Origin: an uncultured bacterium
GTDB lineage: Bacteria > RBG-13-66-14
Direction of reading: 5' to 3'
DNA: 64,000 bases
Assembly: GCA_964577465.1 (NCBI GenBank)
Contig: CAZNZF010000002.1
Location: 1,336 to 65,335, forward strand
Each line of letters opens with the position of its first letter. The first letter of the stretch is position 1. Shown here piece after piece: positions 29,745 through 38,584 of this stretch. The position numbers and the translations under genes are program-made. The notes below the pieces were generated by a model that saw only the letters and a list, made by a program, of their open reading frames with translations, searched no databases and was not told the DNA's origin.

Positions 29745-30035
29745 ACCCGAGTGTAGTGCGGGGGCTCCGTACCCCGCCTGTTTTATTGACAACTGCGCCG
29801 TTAAATGTAGGGTGGGGACTTTAGTCCCCGCCGTTTTTACCCCTCACCCTAGCCCGTAGGCGAGCCTCCTCCCAGAGGGGCCGCCCTACACATATCGTTC
29901 GATGGCCATAGGGCGGGTGTCCGCACCTGCTCGTCAGCGGTAAAACAAATGTAGGGAGGGGCTCTGTACCCCGCCCCTGTCCCGCCGTCATGCGACCGGG
30001 CGGCACACGGAGTTGCCGCCCTACGTTTCATACGT
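29745..30035. repeat. Cluster of REP/BIME-like elements (GTAG(G)+GC-rich hairpin), five copies in alternating orientation
   Basis: Direct copies at ~29752, ~29808 (GTAGGGTGGGGACTTTAGTCCCCGCC) and ~29952 (GTAGGGAGGGGCTCTGTACCCCGCCC). Inverted copies at 29880-29893 and 30014-30027 (GCCGCCCTAC...). Confidence 0.5.
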
Positions 30036-30119
30036 TAGAAAATGGCGTAGATTCGGATCTCCATGCCTGCCCGCGGGCCGACCGGTCGGTCGGCCCCTAC
30101 GAGGTTATCGCTCCTCCCG

Positions 30120-31451
30120 TCAGTACCGGGGCACGTAGTACGTCGAGCGGTACTCGGCCCGGCGGTAGCGGTTGCGTTCGTGGTGGTCGCGGAAAACGTA
30201 GGTGATGAAGACGGCGTTGGCCGCGATGAGGGCCGCGGCGAAGAAGAACGGTGCCTGGGGCGCGATTCCCTCGTAAAGGTAGCCGGCGACGATGGGGCCG
30301 ACCACCAGGCCGAAGGAGGTGATGGTGCCCACGCCGCCCAGCACCGTGGCCCGGCCGCGCAGCGGCATGTTCTCCACGGAGAGGCTCATCCAGCTCGGCA
30401 GAATCATCGCCACGCCCGCTCCCGACATGAGCATCATGGTGTAGTAGAACCCGGCCCGGGTGATGAAGGGGAGCATGACCATGGCCGACGAGACCAGGAA
30501 CATCCCGAAAATCATCAGGTACTTGCGGCCGATGCGCTCGGCGTAACGACCCGCCGGGTACACGCACAGTATCGTCGAGAGGGACAGGAACAGAAAGCCG
30601 AAGCCGATCTGGTAGGTCTCGAGCTTCAGCACGTTGTCGGCGTAGAACACCAGCACGCTCGTGTTTATGCCCACGATGAACATGTTGATGAAGCCCTGGA
30701 GGGAGAGGGCCAGGAGCTTGCCGTTCTTGTAGAGCGCCGACAGGGCCTGCCCCAGCTCCCGCCACCAGTTGCGGACCACCTCGTTCCGGGGCAGGCGTTT
30801 CGCGGGCTGCCGTCTTCGGCGGCGCAGGGTCTCCTGCATGAAGAGGTAGGCCCCGAGCGCCGTAAGGCCGATGAGGATGGACGCCGACCAGAAGGTCCAC
30901 TTGGCGCCTCCCCCCTCGATTCCCCCGAACCAGTCCATGAGGTACAGCCCGATGGCCGGTCCGACACCGGAGCCCAGGGCGAAGCTCAGGTTCAATACCC
31001 CCAGGGCGGCGTCGCGCCGTTTGCGCCCCATCATGTCGGCCACCATGGCGTTGGCCGCCGGCCAGATGACCGAGTTCCCCGTCCCGTCCATAGCGCGGAT
31101 GGGGATGTAGAGCCAAATCAGCCAGGAGACGTTTATGAATGAGAGAAGAAGGGGGCTCAGGCAGGAGATGGTCAGGCCGATGGCGATCATCAGCCGCCGC
31201 CCGTAGCGGTCGGCCAGGGAGCCGCCGAAGATTTTCAGGAAGGTGTTGGTGAAGGGGAAGGCCGCGATGGCCACGCCGACCATACCGACCGTGGCGCCCA
31301 GGACCTTCGTCGAGTAGAGCTGGAGCGCCGGGATGACTATCCCGTACCCCAGCTCCGCGGCGAAGATGGCCGCGATGAGGAGGATGTAGTTCCGCGTGAC
31401 CTTGACGTTGCGGAGACCCGTAAGACCGCGTATCGTCGCTTTGTCGCTCAT
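30120..31451 (-). CDS. MFS transporter
   Basis: 12 predicted TM helices. MFS motif GGSLADRYGRR. The start was chosen at MSDKATIRGL. Confidence 0.8.
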   Translation of the reverse strand: MSDKATIRGLTGLRNVKVTRNYILLIAAIFAAELGYGIVIPALQLYSTKVLGATVGMVGVAIAAFPFTNTFLKIFGGSLADRYGRRLMIAIGLTISCLSPLLLSFINVSWLIWLYIPIRAMDGTGNSVIWPAANAMVADMMGRKRRDAALGVLNLSFALGSGVGPAIGLYLMDWFGGIEGGGAKWTFWSASILIGLTALGAYLFMQETLRRRRRQPAKRLPRNEVVRNWWRELGQALSALYKNGKLLALSLQGFINMFIVGINTSVLVFYADNVLKLETYQIGFGFLFLSLSTILCVYPAGRYAERIGRKYLMIFGMFLVSSAMVMLPFITRAGFYYTMMLMSGAGVAMILPSWMSLSVENMPLRGRATVLGGVGTITSFGLVVGPIVAGYLYEGIAPQAPFFFAAALIAANAVFITYVFRDHHERNRYRRAEYRSTYYVPRY

Positions 31452-31647
31452 CGCCGGATTGACGTTTGCCGGGGCGGCACGACCGTCCTGGTTGAGATGG
31501 TGGCGTAAAAAAAGCGTCGAGCAAAACAGAGTTGCACCTATTGTCCCCCAACCGCCGCCAACTATCAACCGCGTCGTGGAAAAGCCCGCAGTTCTGTGCT
31601 ATAGTGCATTTTGCCTTGATTCGGCTTCCTTTTTTTCGGATGTATAC

Positions 31648-33204
31648 ATGGCGAATACACTCCTGGTCTGCTTCGATTCCCTGGCGTACGCCCCCGGACT
31701 GCGCCTTCTATCCGCCTTAGGTAACGCTGCCGGTCACGACACCCACATCCTGTTCCTCATAAAGGAAAGCGTGACTTTCCACGAGCACCGCTTAGAGACG
31801 CCCGGTGAGCTGGCTGGTTTCGCAAACCTCTTGAACGAACTATCCATCGACGTGGTGGGTCTGTCGGTGATGACGCCGGAGTACCATCGGGCGGTGCGGG
31901 TGGCCGAGCGCGCCCGGGCCGAGGGTCGTCACGTGGTGTGGGGTGGGATCCACGCCGCCATCCGCCCGGAGGAGTGTCTGCCATACGCCGATGCGGTCTG
32001 CCTAACCGAGGCTGAAGCAACCTGGACCGCGTACCTGGACGCTCTGGAACACGGAGGGGACCGGCGGTTGCCCAACTTCGTTCTTCCGGGTGAGGACGCC
32101 GCCGAGGTCCGCGCCGGCGGCCGCCTCGAATTGATTGACGACCTCGACTCCCTCCCCTTCCCGGACTACGACGTCCGACACTCCTACTATTCGAACGGGG
32201 AGGAAATCCTCCCCATGGGGTGGGAGTCGTATCAAAGGCTCAACACCTGGGAGGGAACTTACTACCGCTTGTTGACCAGCCGGGGTTGTCCGTACCAATG
32301 CACGTACTGCGTTAACAGCTTCTTCTGGAGTCAGTTCGGCAAGCACTGGCTGCGTCGGCGGACGGTGGGGAACAGCATCGCCGAGATCCTCTGGGCCCGG
32401 GAAAAGATGCCATTCATCCGGGGTATCAACATCCAGGACGACAGCTTCTTCATGGGTTCCGACGAATGGATGGATGATTTCTGCCGCCGGTACAAATCGG
32501 AGGTCGGCCTGCCCTTCATCGCCCGCATGATACCCCACTTTACAACCGAAAGGAGGGTCAGGATCCTGGCCGACGCCGGTTTCGATTACGCGGGGATAGG
32601 GTTGCAAACCGGCTCGAAGCGCCTCTCCCTAGAGGTATACGAGCGCGTGCAGGATAACGAGAAGTTCCTGGAAAACGACCGGATCCTGTCGAAGTACGGG
32701 GTCAGTAAGAGTTACGACGTCTTGGTGGACAACCCCTTCGAGACGGAGCGGGACGTACTGGACACCATAGATATCCTGTTGAAACTGAAGAAGCCATACT
32801 ACATTGTCACTTACTCCCTGACGCCCTTCCCGGAGACCATTTTCTACGACAAGGCGAAGACCGCCGGGCTTCTCGACCGGATGCCGGACCCCTACAACTC
32901 GGCGATGTACGCCACAAACCCGGCCAACTACTACACTCCCAAGACGTTGCGCTGGCTGATTGAAACCGCCCCTTACATCCCTAAACGCCTGATTCGCTAC
33001 TGCCGCGACCATTGGCGTGGAAATCTGGTCAGTTGGTTTGCTCCCAAACTCTTCGGTTTCTACAAGTGGATTATCCGGGTGATAAATTGGGGGCGTTACA
33101 AACACCCCTGGTTTCTACGGTTGGTGCTCTTTTTCGCCCGCATCTGGGGCCGGATAGGCCTACGGGAGGCGCTGCCCCAGGAAGAGGTCCACCCCGAGAA
33201 TTAA
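31648..33204 (+). CDS. B12-binding domain radical SAM protein (class B)
   Basis: N-terminal cobalamin-binding Rossmann fold. CxxxCxxC motif SRGCPYQCTYC. Confidence 0.85.
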   Translation: MANTLLVCFDSLAYAPGLRLLSALGNAAGHDTHILFLIKESVTFHEHRLETPGELAGFANLLNELSIDVVGLSVMTPEYHRAVRVAERARAEGRHVVWGGIHAAIRPEECLPYADAVCLTEAEATWTAYLDALEHGGDRRLPNFVLPGEDAAEVRAGGRLELIDDLDSLPFPDYDVRHSYYSNGEEILPMGWESYQRLNTWEGTYYRLLTSRGCPYQCTYCVNSFFWSQFGKHWLRRRTVGNSIAEILWAREKMPFIRGINIQDDSFFMGSDEWMDDFCRRYKSEVGLPFIARMIPHFTTERRVRILADAGFDYAGIGLQTGSKRLSLEVYERVQDNEKFLENDRILSKYGVSKSYDVLVDNPFETERDVLDTIDILLKLKKPYYIVTYSLTPFPETIFYDKAKTAGLLDRMPDPYNSAMYATNPANYYTPKTLRWLIETAPYIPKRLIRYCRDHWRGNLVSWFAPKLFGFYKWIIRVINWGRYKHPWFLRLVLFFARIWGRIGLREALPQEEVHPEN

Positions 33205-33208
33205 AGCG

Positions 33209-33739
33209 TTAGAACGCCGACCGGAAGGCCTCGTAGGCGCGGGGTCCGTAGAGGACGAAAATCACGCGCCGGACGCTCGCCAGCGGCATGGCCTCCTCCA
33301 GGCCGACGCGCATCGCCCGGGCGCAGTCCTCCATCGCCAGCCCCCCGACCCCGGTTCCCAGAGCGGGCAGGGCGACGGTTTTAGCCCCGATTCGCTCGGC
33401 CTCCTTCACGGCGCTGACCGTTGCCCGGCGGACCTTGTCGGCGTCAGTCTCCAGGTCCTGGCCCATCACCGCCGCGTGGATGACCCATTTGACGGGCAGG
33501 TTGCCGGCACCCGTGGTCACCGCGTGACCCACCTCTATCGGCCCCAGAGCCATCGCCTCGCGCTCGACGGAGGGACCTCCGGCTTTCTTGAGCGCCCCCG
33601 CCACCCCCGAGCCCATCCACAGGTGGTTGTTGGCCGCGTTGACCACCGCGTCGCAGCCCATCCGGGCGATGTCGCCCTTGGCGATGACGATTTCCAATCC
33701 GGCCAGTCGGAGCGATTCCCGTTCCACCAGAACCTCCAT
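33209..33739 (-). CDS. Macro domain protein (ADP-ribose/O-acetyl-ADP-ribose processing)
   Basis: CDAVVNAANNHL...GSGVAGAL...GNLP...IHAAV: canonical macro-domain motifs. Confidence 0.8.
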   Translation of the reverse strand: MEVLVERESLRLAGLEIVIAKGDIARMGCDAVVNAANNHLWMGSGVAGALKKAGGPSVEREAMALGPIEVGHAVTTGAGNLPVKWVIHAAVMGQDLETDADKVRRATVSAVKEAERIGAKTVALPALGTGVGGLAMEDCARAMRVGLEEAMPLASVRRVIFVLYGPRAYEAFRSAF

Positions 33740-33857
33740 GAGGGTCTCCCGGATTATGCGCCGGCGGAAGCGGCCGGTCAAGGTCCGGCCGGGTGTGGTC
33801 AGACGCCGGGTGAGTGGTTATAATGGGGGCGAGATTCGAGGGGCGTTCGGAGGGCCC

Positions 33858-34562
33858 ATGTTTTACGGTTTCGGCTGGTTCTACATGGACTGGACCATCG
33901 TTTTGCTAATCCCCGGTCTCATACTGGGGCTCATCGCGCAGTCCATGGTCAGTTCGCGCTTCCGCCGCTACTCCCAGGTCCGGACGCACGGCGGACTGAC
34001 CGGGGCGCAGGTGGCGGCCGGCATCCTGGCCGAGGCCGGGCTGCCCGACGTGGAAATCGAGGTGGTCGGAGGTCGGTTGTCGGACCATTACGACCCGCGG
34101 ACGCGCAAGCTGTACCTTTCCGCCGACGTGGCCCATTCGGCCTCCGTAGCCGCGCTGGGGGTGGCGGCCCACGAGGTCGGCCACGCCATCCAACACGGAA
34201 GCGGCTACTTTCCGCTCCACCTGCGCAACGCCGTCGTCCCCGCGACCAGAATCGGCTCCTGGCTGTACCTGCCGCTATTCATCGCCGGGCTCATTTTCGC
34301 CGTGGAGCCCTTGGTCTGGGTCGGCATAGGCTGCTTCACGCTCCTGTTGCTGTTCCAGCTCATCACGCTTCCGGTGGAGTTCAACGCCAGCTCGCGGGCC
34401 CTGGCGATTCTGCGCGACGGGAATTACCTGGAGCCCGAGGAGCAGAAAGGGGCGCGGAAGATTCTCTCCGCCGCGGCGCTGACCTACGTCGCCGCCCTGG
34501 TGTCCAGCCTGCTGATTCTGCTGCGCCTTCTTTTAATTGCCGGCGCCTTCAACCGGCGGTAG
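33858..34562 (+). CDS. Membrane-anchored zinc metallopeptidase (HExxH, PF04298-like)
   Basis: HEVGHAIQH motif with flanking TM helices. ~234 aa. Confidence 0.7.
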   Translation: MFYGFGWFYMDWTIVLLIPGLILGLIAQSMVSSRFRRYSQVRTHGGLTGAQVAAGILAEAGLPDVEIEVVGGRLSDHYDPRTRKLYLSADVAHSASVAALGVAAHEVGHAIQHGSGYFPLHLRNAVVPATRIGSWLYLPLFIAGLIFAVEPLVWVGIGCFTLLLLFQLITLPVEFNASSRALAILRDGNYLEPEEQKGARKILSAAALTYVAALVSSLLILLRLLLIAGAFNRR

Positions 34563-34567
34563 GAAAT

Positions 34568-34978
34568 ATGCGGCTCTGGGTGGGGCGACCGGTTTCCGAC
34601 GAGCCCGGCCGGTACGACCTCCGGCCCGTGGAGGTGGATTACCCCCCGGAGCGACTGCGGAGGCTGTACAGGTTCCCGCTCATTCTGTCTTTGGGGCTGA
34701 TCGTTTTTTTCGGCGCGGCGACGGCGGTCCTCGCTTTCGTATCCGACGAGACCGGGTCGGGCTGGGCCCTGGGGGTCATGGCCGCGGGCGCCGCGGTGTC
34801 GGCGGTGGTTTTAATCCTTCAACTCCGCCGACGGGCCGCCGTACGCCGGGAGCCGGAAAATTTCGCCAAGCGCGCCTACCTCGCATTCGACGCCCGGGAG
34901 GGGGAGGCGGCCTTCACCGAGGATGAGCTGGCCGAGGGACGGGCGGGCACGGGAGACGACCATGCGCGTGAAGATTGA
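34568..34978 (+). CDS. Hypothetical membrane protein
   Basis: Two hydrophobic helices. High GC3. Tightly packed in a same-strand series. Confidence 0.45.
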   Translation: MRLWVGRPVSDEPGRYDLRPVEVDYPPERLRRLYRFPLILSLGLIVFFGAATAVLAFVSDETGSGWALGVMAAGAAVSAVVLILQLRRRAAVRREPENFAKRAYLAFDAREGEAAFTEDELAEGRAGTGDDHARED

Positions 34979-35450
34979 CGTTGCCGACCGGACCGACGAG
35001 CGGCGCAAACCGCGGGCGACCCGGAGCTCCGGTCATCTGATGCTGTGGATAATCCTGTTCGTCATCGGCTGCACCGTTTTGGGGCCCGGCATCGTCTTCG
35101 GGCTCTCCATCGGTTGGTACTTCCTGCCCTGGGTTTTAGGAGGCTTCTTCCTCTTCACGCTCATCCTCTTCATCCGGGCCGTAATCCGGGCCTCCACGGT
35201 GGATGGCGGCGCTTCCAGGTGGAGCGGCGTCGACTTCCGGGAAACCATGCGGCGTTTGCAGGAGTCGATTCAGCCGAAGGGGCCGACGGGGCCGCAGCCG
35301 GAAAGGCGGACGGTCCGGATGAAGACCCGCTGCCCCAACTGCGGGGCGTCGGTGGCCGCCGGGAATATCACGAAAATCGACGGCGTCCCGGCGGTGCACT
35401 GCCCCTACTGCAACACGCTCTACCCGCTGGAGGAAGCGGAACCGGCCTAG
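34962..35450 (+). CDS. Hypothetical membrane protein with C-terminal zinc-ribbon (CPNC...CPYC)
   Basis: Two TM helices followed by CPNCG...HCPYCN Cys pairs. Overlaps the preceding ORF by 17 nt. Confidence 0.5.
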   Translation: MRVKIDVADRTDERRKPRATRSSGHLMLWIILFVIGCTVLGPGIVFGLSIGWYFLPWVLGGFFLFTLILFIRAVIRASTVDGGASRWSGVDFRETMRRLQESIQPKGPTGPQPERRTVRMKTRCPNCGASVAAGNITKIDGVPAVHCPYCNTLYPLEEAEPA

Positions 35451-35462
35451 GAGGGCGATTTC

Positions 35463-35915
35463 TTGCGCGTAGTCCTGCAGCACGTTTCACAGGCGCGGGT
35501 GGAGGTGGACGGCCGGGTCACGGGCGAAATCGGCTTCGGCCACGTCCTCCTGGTCGCCATTGGCGCCGACGACACCGAGGCGGAGCTGGGCTGGATGGCG
35601 GAGAAGGTCCTGGACCTGCGGGTGTGCCGGGACGAGGGGGGGAAGCTGAACCGCTCCCTGCGCGACCTGGGGCGGGGGGAATTGCTGGTCGTCAGCCAGT
35701 TCACGCTCTACGGGGACAGCCACAAGGGTCGGCGGCCCAGTTACATAAAAAGCGCCCCGCCGGAGCTGGCGGAGCCGATGTGTAAGCAATTCGCGCAAAT
35801 GTTACGAGAACGGGGGTTCACCGTGGCCGAGGGGGTCTTCGGCGCCCACATGCACGTGAGCCTGGTGAACGACGGCCCGGTCACGCTCATCCTGGAGCGG
35901 GAGCACGAACGCTGA
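35463..35915 (+). CDS. dtd: D-aminoacyl-tRNA deacylase
   Basis: SQFTLYGD signature. ~150 aa. Confidence 0.9.
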   Translation: MRVVLQHVSQARVEVDGRVTGEIGFGHVLLVAIGADDTEAELGWMAEKVLDLRVCRDEGGKLNRSLRDLGRGELLVVSQFTLYGDSHKGRRPSYIKSAPPELAEPMCKQFAQMLRERGFTVAEGVFGAHMHVSLVNDGPVTLILEREHER

Positions 35916-35935
35916 CCAGATGACGTCACCGAAAT

Positions 35936-35968
35936 GAAAAAGGCGGCCTCTATCGGCCGCCTCTTTTT
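35936..35968. terminator. Bidirectional rho-independent terminator
   Basis: A5-GGCGGCCTCTATCGGCCGCC-TCTTTTT. Confidence 0.6.
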
Positions 35969-35982
35969 ATTGACTGCTCGGG

Positions 35983-36594
35983 CTAGGGCAGGAAGACTTC
36001 CACGTCCAGCACCTCGTTGGTGTCCGTGTCCACGGCCACGTTCGCCTGACCCTGGAAATCCTCGGGGACGAAAACGAGAGCGCACCAGTTGGTGGTGCCG
36101 GGGAAGTCGTCCCCGTCGTAAGGCTCGACGACCAGGCTCCGTGGAATCCAATCGGGGTAGCCCTCATCGGTCAGGGCGGCGGCGGCGGCCTCCACCCAGG
36201 GCCCGGCGTCGTCATAGTCGGGCAGGCCCACCAGGGGAAGGCTGGAATCGGTTTCCCACTGCGCGTCGGTCGAACCGTCGTACTGGACCACTACGATCAG
36301 GACGTCCTCGTCGGATCCGCCCGGGAGCTCGGCGTAGTAGAACTGCCAGGGCAAGTTCTCCTCGGGCTCGCCGTCATCGGTTACATCGATGCAAGCGATG
36401 TTGAACAGTTCGCCGTCGGGCATCTCCGCGTCGCGGACGGCGTCGGCCAGGTTGATACCCCAGCCGAGGCCGTGGCCGTCCCCATCGCCGTCCCCATCAC
36501 CGCCTCCGTCTCCCGTGGAGCTGGCACAGCCCGCAACGAGGGCCAGAACGAGGGTGCAGAGCAGTGCGAGGAGGGTTTTTATCGAACTTCTCAT
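35983..36594 (-). CDS. Hypothetical acidic lipoprotein with (GD)n low-complexity linker
   Basis: Lipobox LVAGC. A GDGGGDGDGDGDGHG run encoded by tandem hexanucleotide repeats. Confidence 0.55.
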   Translation of the reverse strand: MRSSIKTLLALLCTLVLALVAGCASSTGDGGGDGDGDGDGHGLGWGINLADAVRDAEMPDGELFNIACIDVTDDGEPEENLPWQFYYAELPGGSDEDVLIVVVQYDGSTDAQWETDSSLPLVGLPDYDDAGPWVEAAAAALTDEGYPDWIPRSLVVEPYDGDDFPGTTNWCALVFVPEDFQGQANVAVDTDTNEVLDVEVFLP

Positions 36595-36722
36595 GATCGG
36601 ACCTCCTTGGGTTGGTGGTTTGAAAATTACTTAATTATACAGCCGGATTGGTCCGTTTTCCATTTACGGTTCTATTTTCACCTGACTGGTACGGGGGTAA
36701 CCTTTGGTACGTCGGGCGGACA

Positions 36723-36932
36723 CTACCCGCCCCCCTCCAGGTAGCCGTTGAGCCAGCCGATGATTTCCTCGATTTGGTTGGGCCGGTAGCGTTTGGTCGA
36801 CAGGAGCTCGCCCACGGTGCCGGGGAAGACCTCGTTGCAGCGCAGGCATATGATGCCCCGCTGCTGGAACCAGTCGGCGGCCTTGGGGTGGTCCGCGATG
36901 ACGGTCTTGACCGGTGTGTCCTTGGTCACCAT
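36723..36932 (-). CDS. DUF1858 domain protein (hybrid-cluster-protein-associated redox disulfide domain)
   Basis: HPKAADWFQQRGIICLRCNEVFPGTVGEL...IIGWLN matches the DUF1858 pattern. TGATG overlap with its upstream paralog. Confidence 0.7.
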   Translation of the reverse strand: MVTKDTPVKTVIADHPKAADWFQQRGIICLRCNEVFPGTVGELLSTKRYRPNQIEEIIGWLNGYLEGGG

Positions 36933-37144
36933 CACTCCGCCTTCTCCAGGAATGCGTTCAGCTCGGCGACGATTCGCTCCACGTCCGCCGTCGAGTGCCC
37001 CTTGTTTCCCAGAAGCTCGGCCAGGGTGCCCCAGAAGGGCTCGCCGCAGCGCAGGCAGACGATCCCCCGCGCCAGGAGCCAGTCGGCCGCCGCCGGGTGC
37101 TCCTCCAAAAGCCGTTCCACGTTGATTTCCCCGTTCAGTACCAC
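36932..37144 (-). CDS. DUF1858 domain protein (paralog)
   Basis: HPAAADWLLARGIVCLRCGEPFWGTLAEL...IVAELN. Confidence 0.75.
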   Translation of the reverse strand: MVLNGEINVERLLEEHPAAADWLLARGIVCLRCGEPFWGTLAELLGNKGHSTADVERIVAELNAFLEKAE

Positions 37145-37199
37145 ACCTGGACTTTACCACGGGCGGGACCGCGCCGCAACCGGTCGGATGTTTTTGTGC

Positions 37200-37231
37200 A
37201 AAAAAGCCGACCCGAGGGCCGGCTTCTTCTA
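37200..37231 (-). terminator. Rho-independent terminator downstream of bacterioferritin-like gene
   Basis: On the minus strand: GAAGCCGGCCCTCGGGTCGGCTTTTTTG. Confidence 0.55.
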
Positions 37232-37241
37232 CGGTTCGTCG

Positions 37242-37793
37242 TTACCTGAGGAACTTCGAGACGAAGGGCGAGGTCTCGCCGCGACGCATGAAGTGTCCCG
37301 AGGGCCCCTCGCCTAGAAATTCCGAGAACCAGGACTCGTGCTCGATTTCCTCGTTGAGGATGGCCAGGACCAGGTCGTAGGTCCGGTGGTCCTTGCCCGC
37401 GGTCATGTTGCAGATTGCGGTGTAGCCTCGGACGGCGCAGCGTTCCGCCTCCACGAGCACCTTCAGGATGGCATTGACGTCGGAGGTGTCTTTGGGGAGG
37501 TGGGCCGGGGGGCAGGCGGAGAGGTCGTGGAATTTCTTCATGTCGTCGGGCAGCTTGCCGCCCAGCTCGTAGATGCGCGGGAACAGCGCTTCGAAGTGGT
37601 TGCGGTCCTCGACCCGGGCCGTCTCGGCGATTTCCTTCAGGGTCTCGCCGTCCAGGCCCGTAAGGTTGGACCGCAGGATGGTGTAGTAGTAATAGGTGGT
37701 GAGCTCGGCGGCGGCGTTTTTCACCAGCAGGTCCAGGAGCTTGTCCACGTCCACGCCGGCTTTTTCCACCATCTCTCTGGCGACTTTGGCCAT
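37242..37793 (-). CDS. Bacterioferritin/ferritin-like diiron protein
   Basis: Ferritin-like four-helix pattern with E..H motifs (ETARVEDRNHFEAL...; LNEEIEHESWF), resembling Bfr ILRDEEGHIDWLE. Confidence 0.65.
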   Translation of the reverse strand: MAKVAREMVEKAGVDVDKLLDLLVKNAAAELTTYYYYTILRSNLTGLDGETLKEIAETARVEDRNHFEALFPRIYELGGKLPDDMKKFHDLSACPPAHLPKDTSDVNAILKVLVEAERCAVRGYTAICNMTAGKDHRTYDLVLAILNEEIEHESWFSEFLGEGPSGHFMRRGETSPFVSKFLR

Positions 37794-37799
37794 GGTTTA

Positions 37800-37990
37800 T
37801 CCTCCATTACGGTTGGGGTTTTTTCTTGACGACTGGAGCCACGGCAAAAGTATAGCGTGTTTGTCATATAAATGCATAATAAAATGCGAATAATATAAGT
37901 CATAATATAAACGATTATGGTTAATTGCAACTAATTCAATAACATGATGATACGCTTGCATTAAACACTGAGTAAACACCAAGCGGCTTG
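37800..37990. promoter_or_regulatory. Strongly AT-rich intergenic island upstream of bacterioferritin-like gene (candidate promoter/operator)
   Basis: ~190 bp at roughly 25-30% GC within a ~65% GC genome. Contains direct repeats AATGC(A/G)(T/A)AATAA and the imperfect flanking inverted repeat GTGTTTGTCA / TGAGTAAACAC. Confidence 0.4.
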
Positions 37991-38104
37991 TTGAGTAGTA
38001 GCGGGGTCGCTGTCCACGCCACTTGGTTTCCTCTGCGCGGGAGTACCGTCATTTTGCTAAAAAAACCCAGTTTGAGTGCCCGAAAGTCGGTGGTGATAAT
38101 TCTC

Positions 38105-38135
38105 GAAAAAGGCCGCCCGGTGGCGGCCTCGAATC
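38105..38135 (-). terminator. Rho-independent terminator downstream of superoxide reductase gene
   Basis: On the minus strand: GAGGCCGCCACCGGGCGGCC followed by TTTTTC. Confidence 0.55.
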
Positions 38136-38149
38136 ACTCGGAGGTTCCG

Positions 38150-38548
38150 CTACGCCAGCTCCACCCGCTTGCTCGATTCCCACAGGCCGTGGATGTTGCA
38201 GTAGGCGAGCGCGTTGAGCGTGCCGGCCTTGGCGGTCTTGAAGGAGAAGGTCGCCTCGTGGTGGGTGTACACCGGCCCGGTGTTGGGGCCGTCGGTGGAT
38301 TCGCCGTGGGCGTTGAACTCGAAAGTGCCCAGGTCGTAGGCGAATTTCGCGCCGTCCGGCACGAAGAACGCCTGAATCCACCGGATGTGGTGCTCCGTGG
38401 TGTTGGGGTGGGCGATTTCCTTGCCCAGGGTCACCGTAACCGGCGTGAACTCGCCCGGTTTGACCTTGTCCGGGCAGGTTATGACCGGCACGTGCTTCTC
38501 CTGCTTCCAGTCCGCCGACTGGATTTTCTCGGCTATGCGTTCGGCCAT
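38150..38548 (-). CDS. Superoxide reductase (1Fe-SOR/neelaredoxin type)
   Basis: EKHVPV motif and C-terminal CNIHGLWES. 132 aa with no desulforedoxin domain. Confidence 0.85.
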   Translation of the reverse strand: MAERIAEKIQSADWKQEKHVPVITCPDKVKPGEFTPVTVTLGKEIAHPNTTEHHIRWIQAFFVPDGAKFAYDLGTFEFNAHGESTDGPNTGPVYTHHEATFSFKTAKAGTLNALAYCNIHGLWESSKRVELA

Positions 38549-38584
38549 CGTGAGCCTCCTTAAATTACCAGGCTCGTTTTTCTG

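Noticed and set aside
29745-30035. Possible CRISPR array (repeated ~28-bp units in an intergenic region)
   Set aside because: Copies are imperfect (about 70-85% identity), irregularly spaced (55 and 143 bp), and present in both orientations. No cas genes are nearby. These properties fit REP/BIME-like elements, not CRISPR.
36480-36530. Tandem hexanucleotide repeats (GGNGAC)n
   Set aside because: They are in-frame and encode a (Gly-Asp)n linker inside the lipoprotein 35983-36594. This is a coding low-complexity segment, not a CRISPR array or satellite.
36664-37249. Alternative-frame ORFs overlapping the DUF1858 pair (e.g. 36793-37125 +, 36914-37249 +, 36723-37160 as a single 145-aa protein)
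   Set aside because: The two ~70-aa DUF1858 frames match a known conserved domain pattern (HP..A.W....GI.CL.C.E.F.GT..EL) and are TGATG-coupled. The other frames give low-complexity translations. The 145-aa reading merely extends the downstream paralog 5'-ward across its partner in another frame.
37858-37990. Miniature inverted-repeat transposable element (AT-rich 130 bp flanked by GTGTTTGTCA / TGAGTAAACAC)
   Set aside because: Terminal repeats are only 7/10 matched. No target-site duplication is evident and no second copy is in the window. It was kept as a regulatory AT-island instead.
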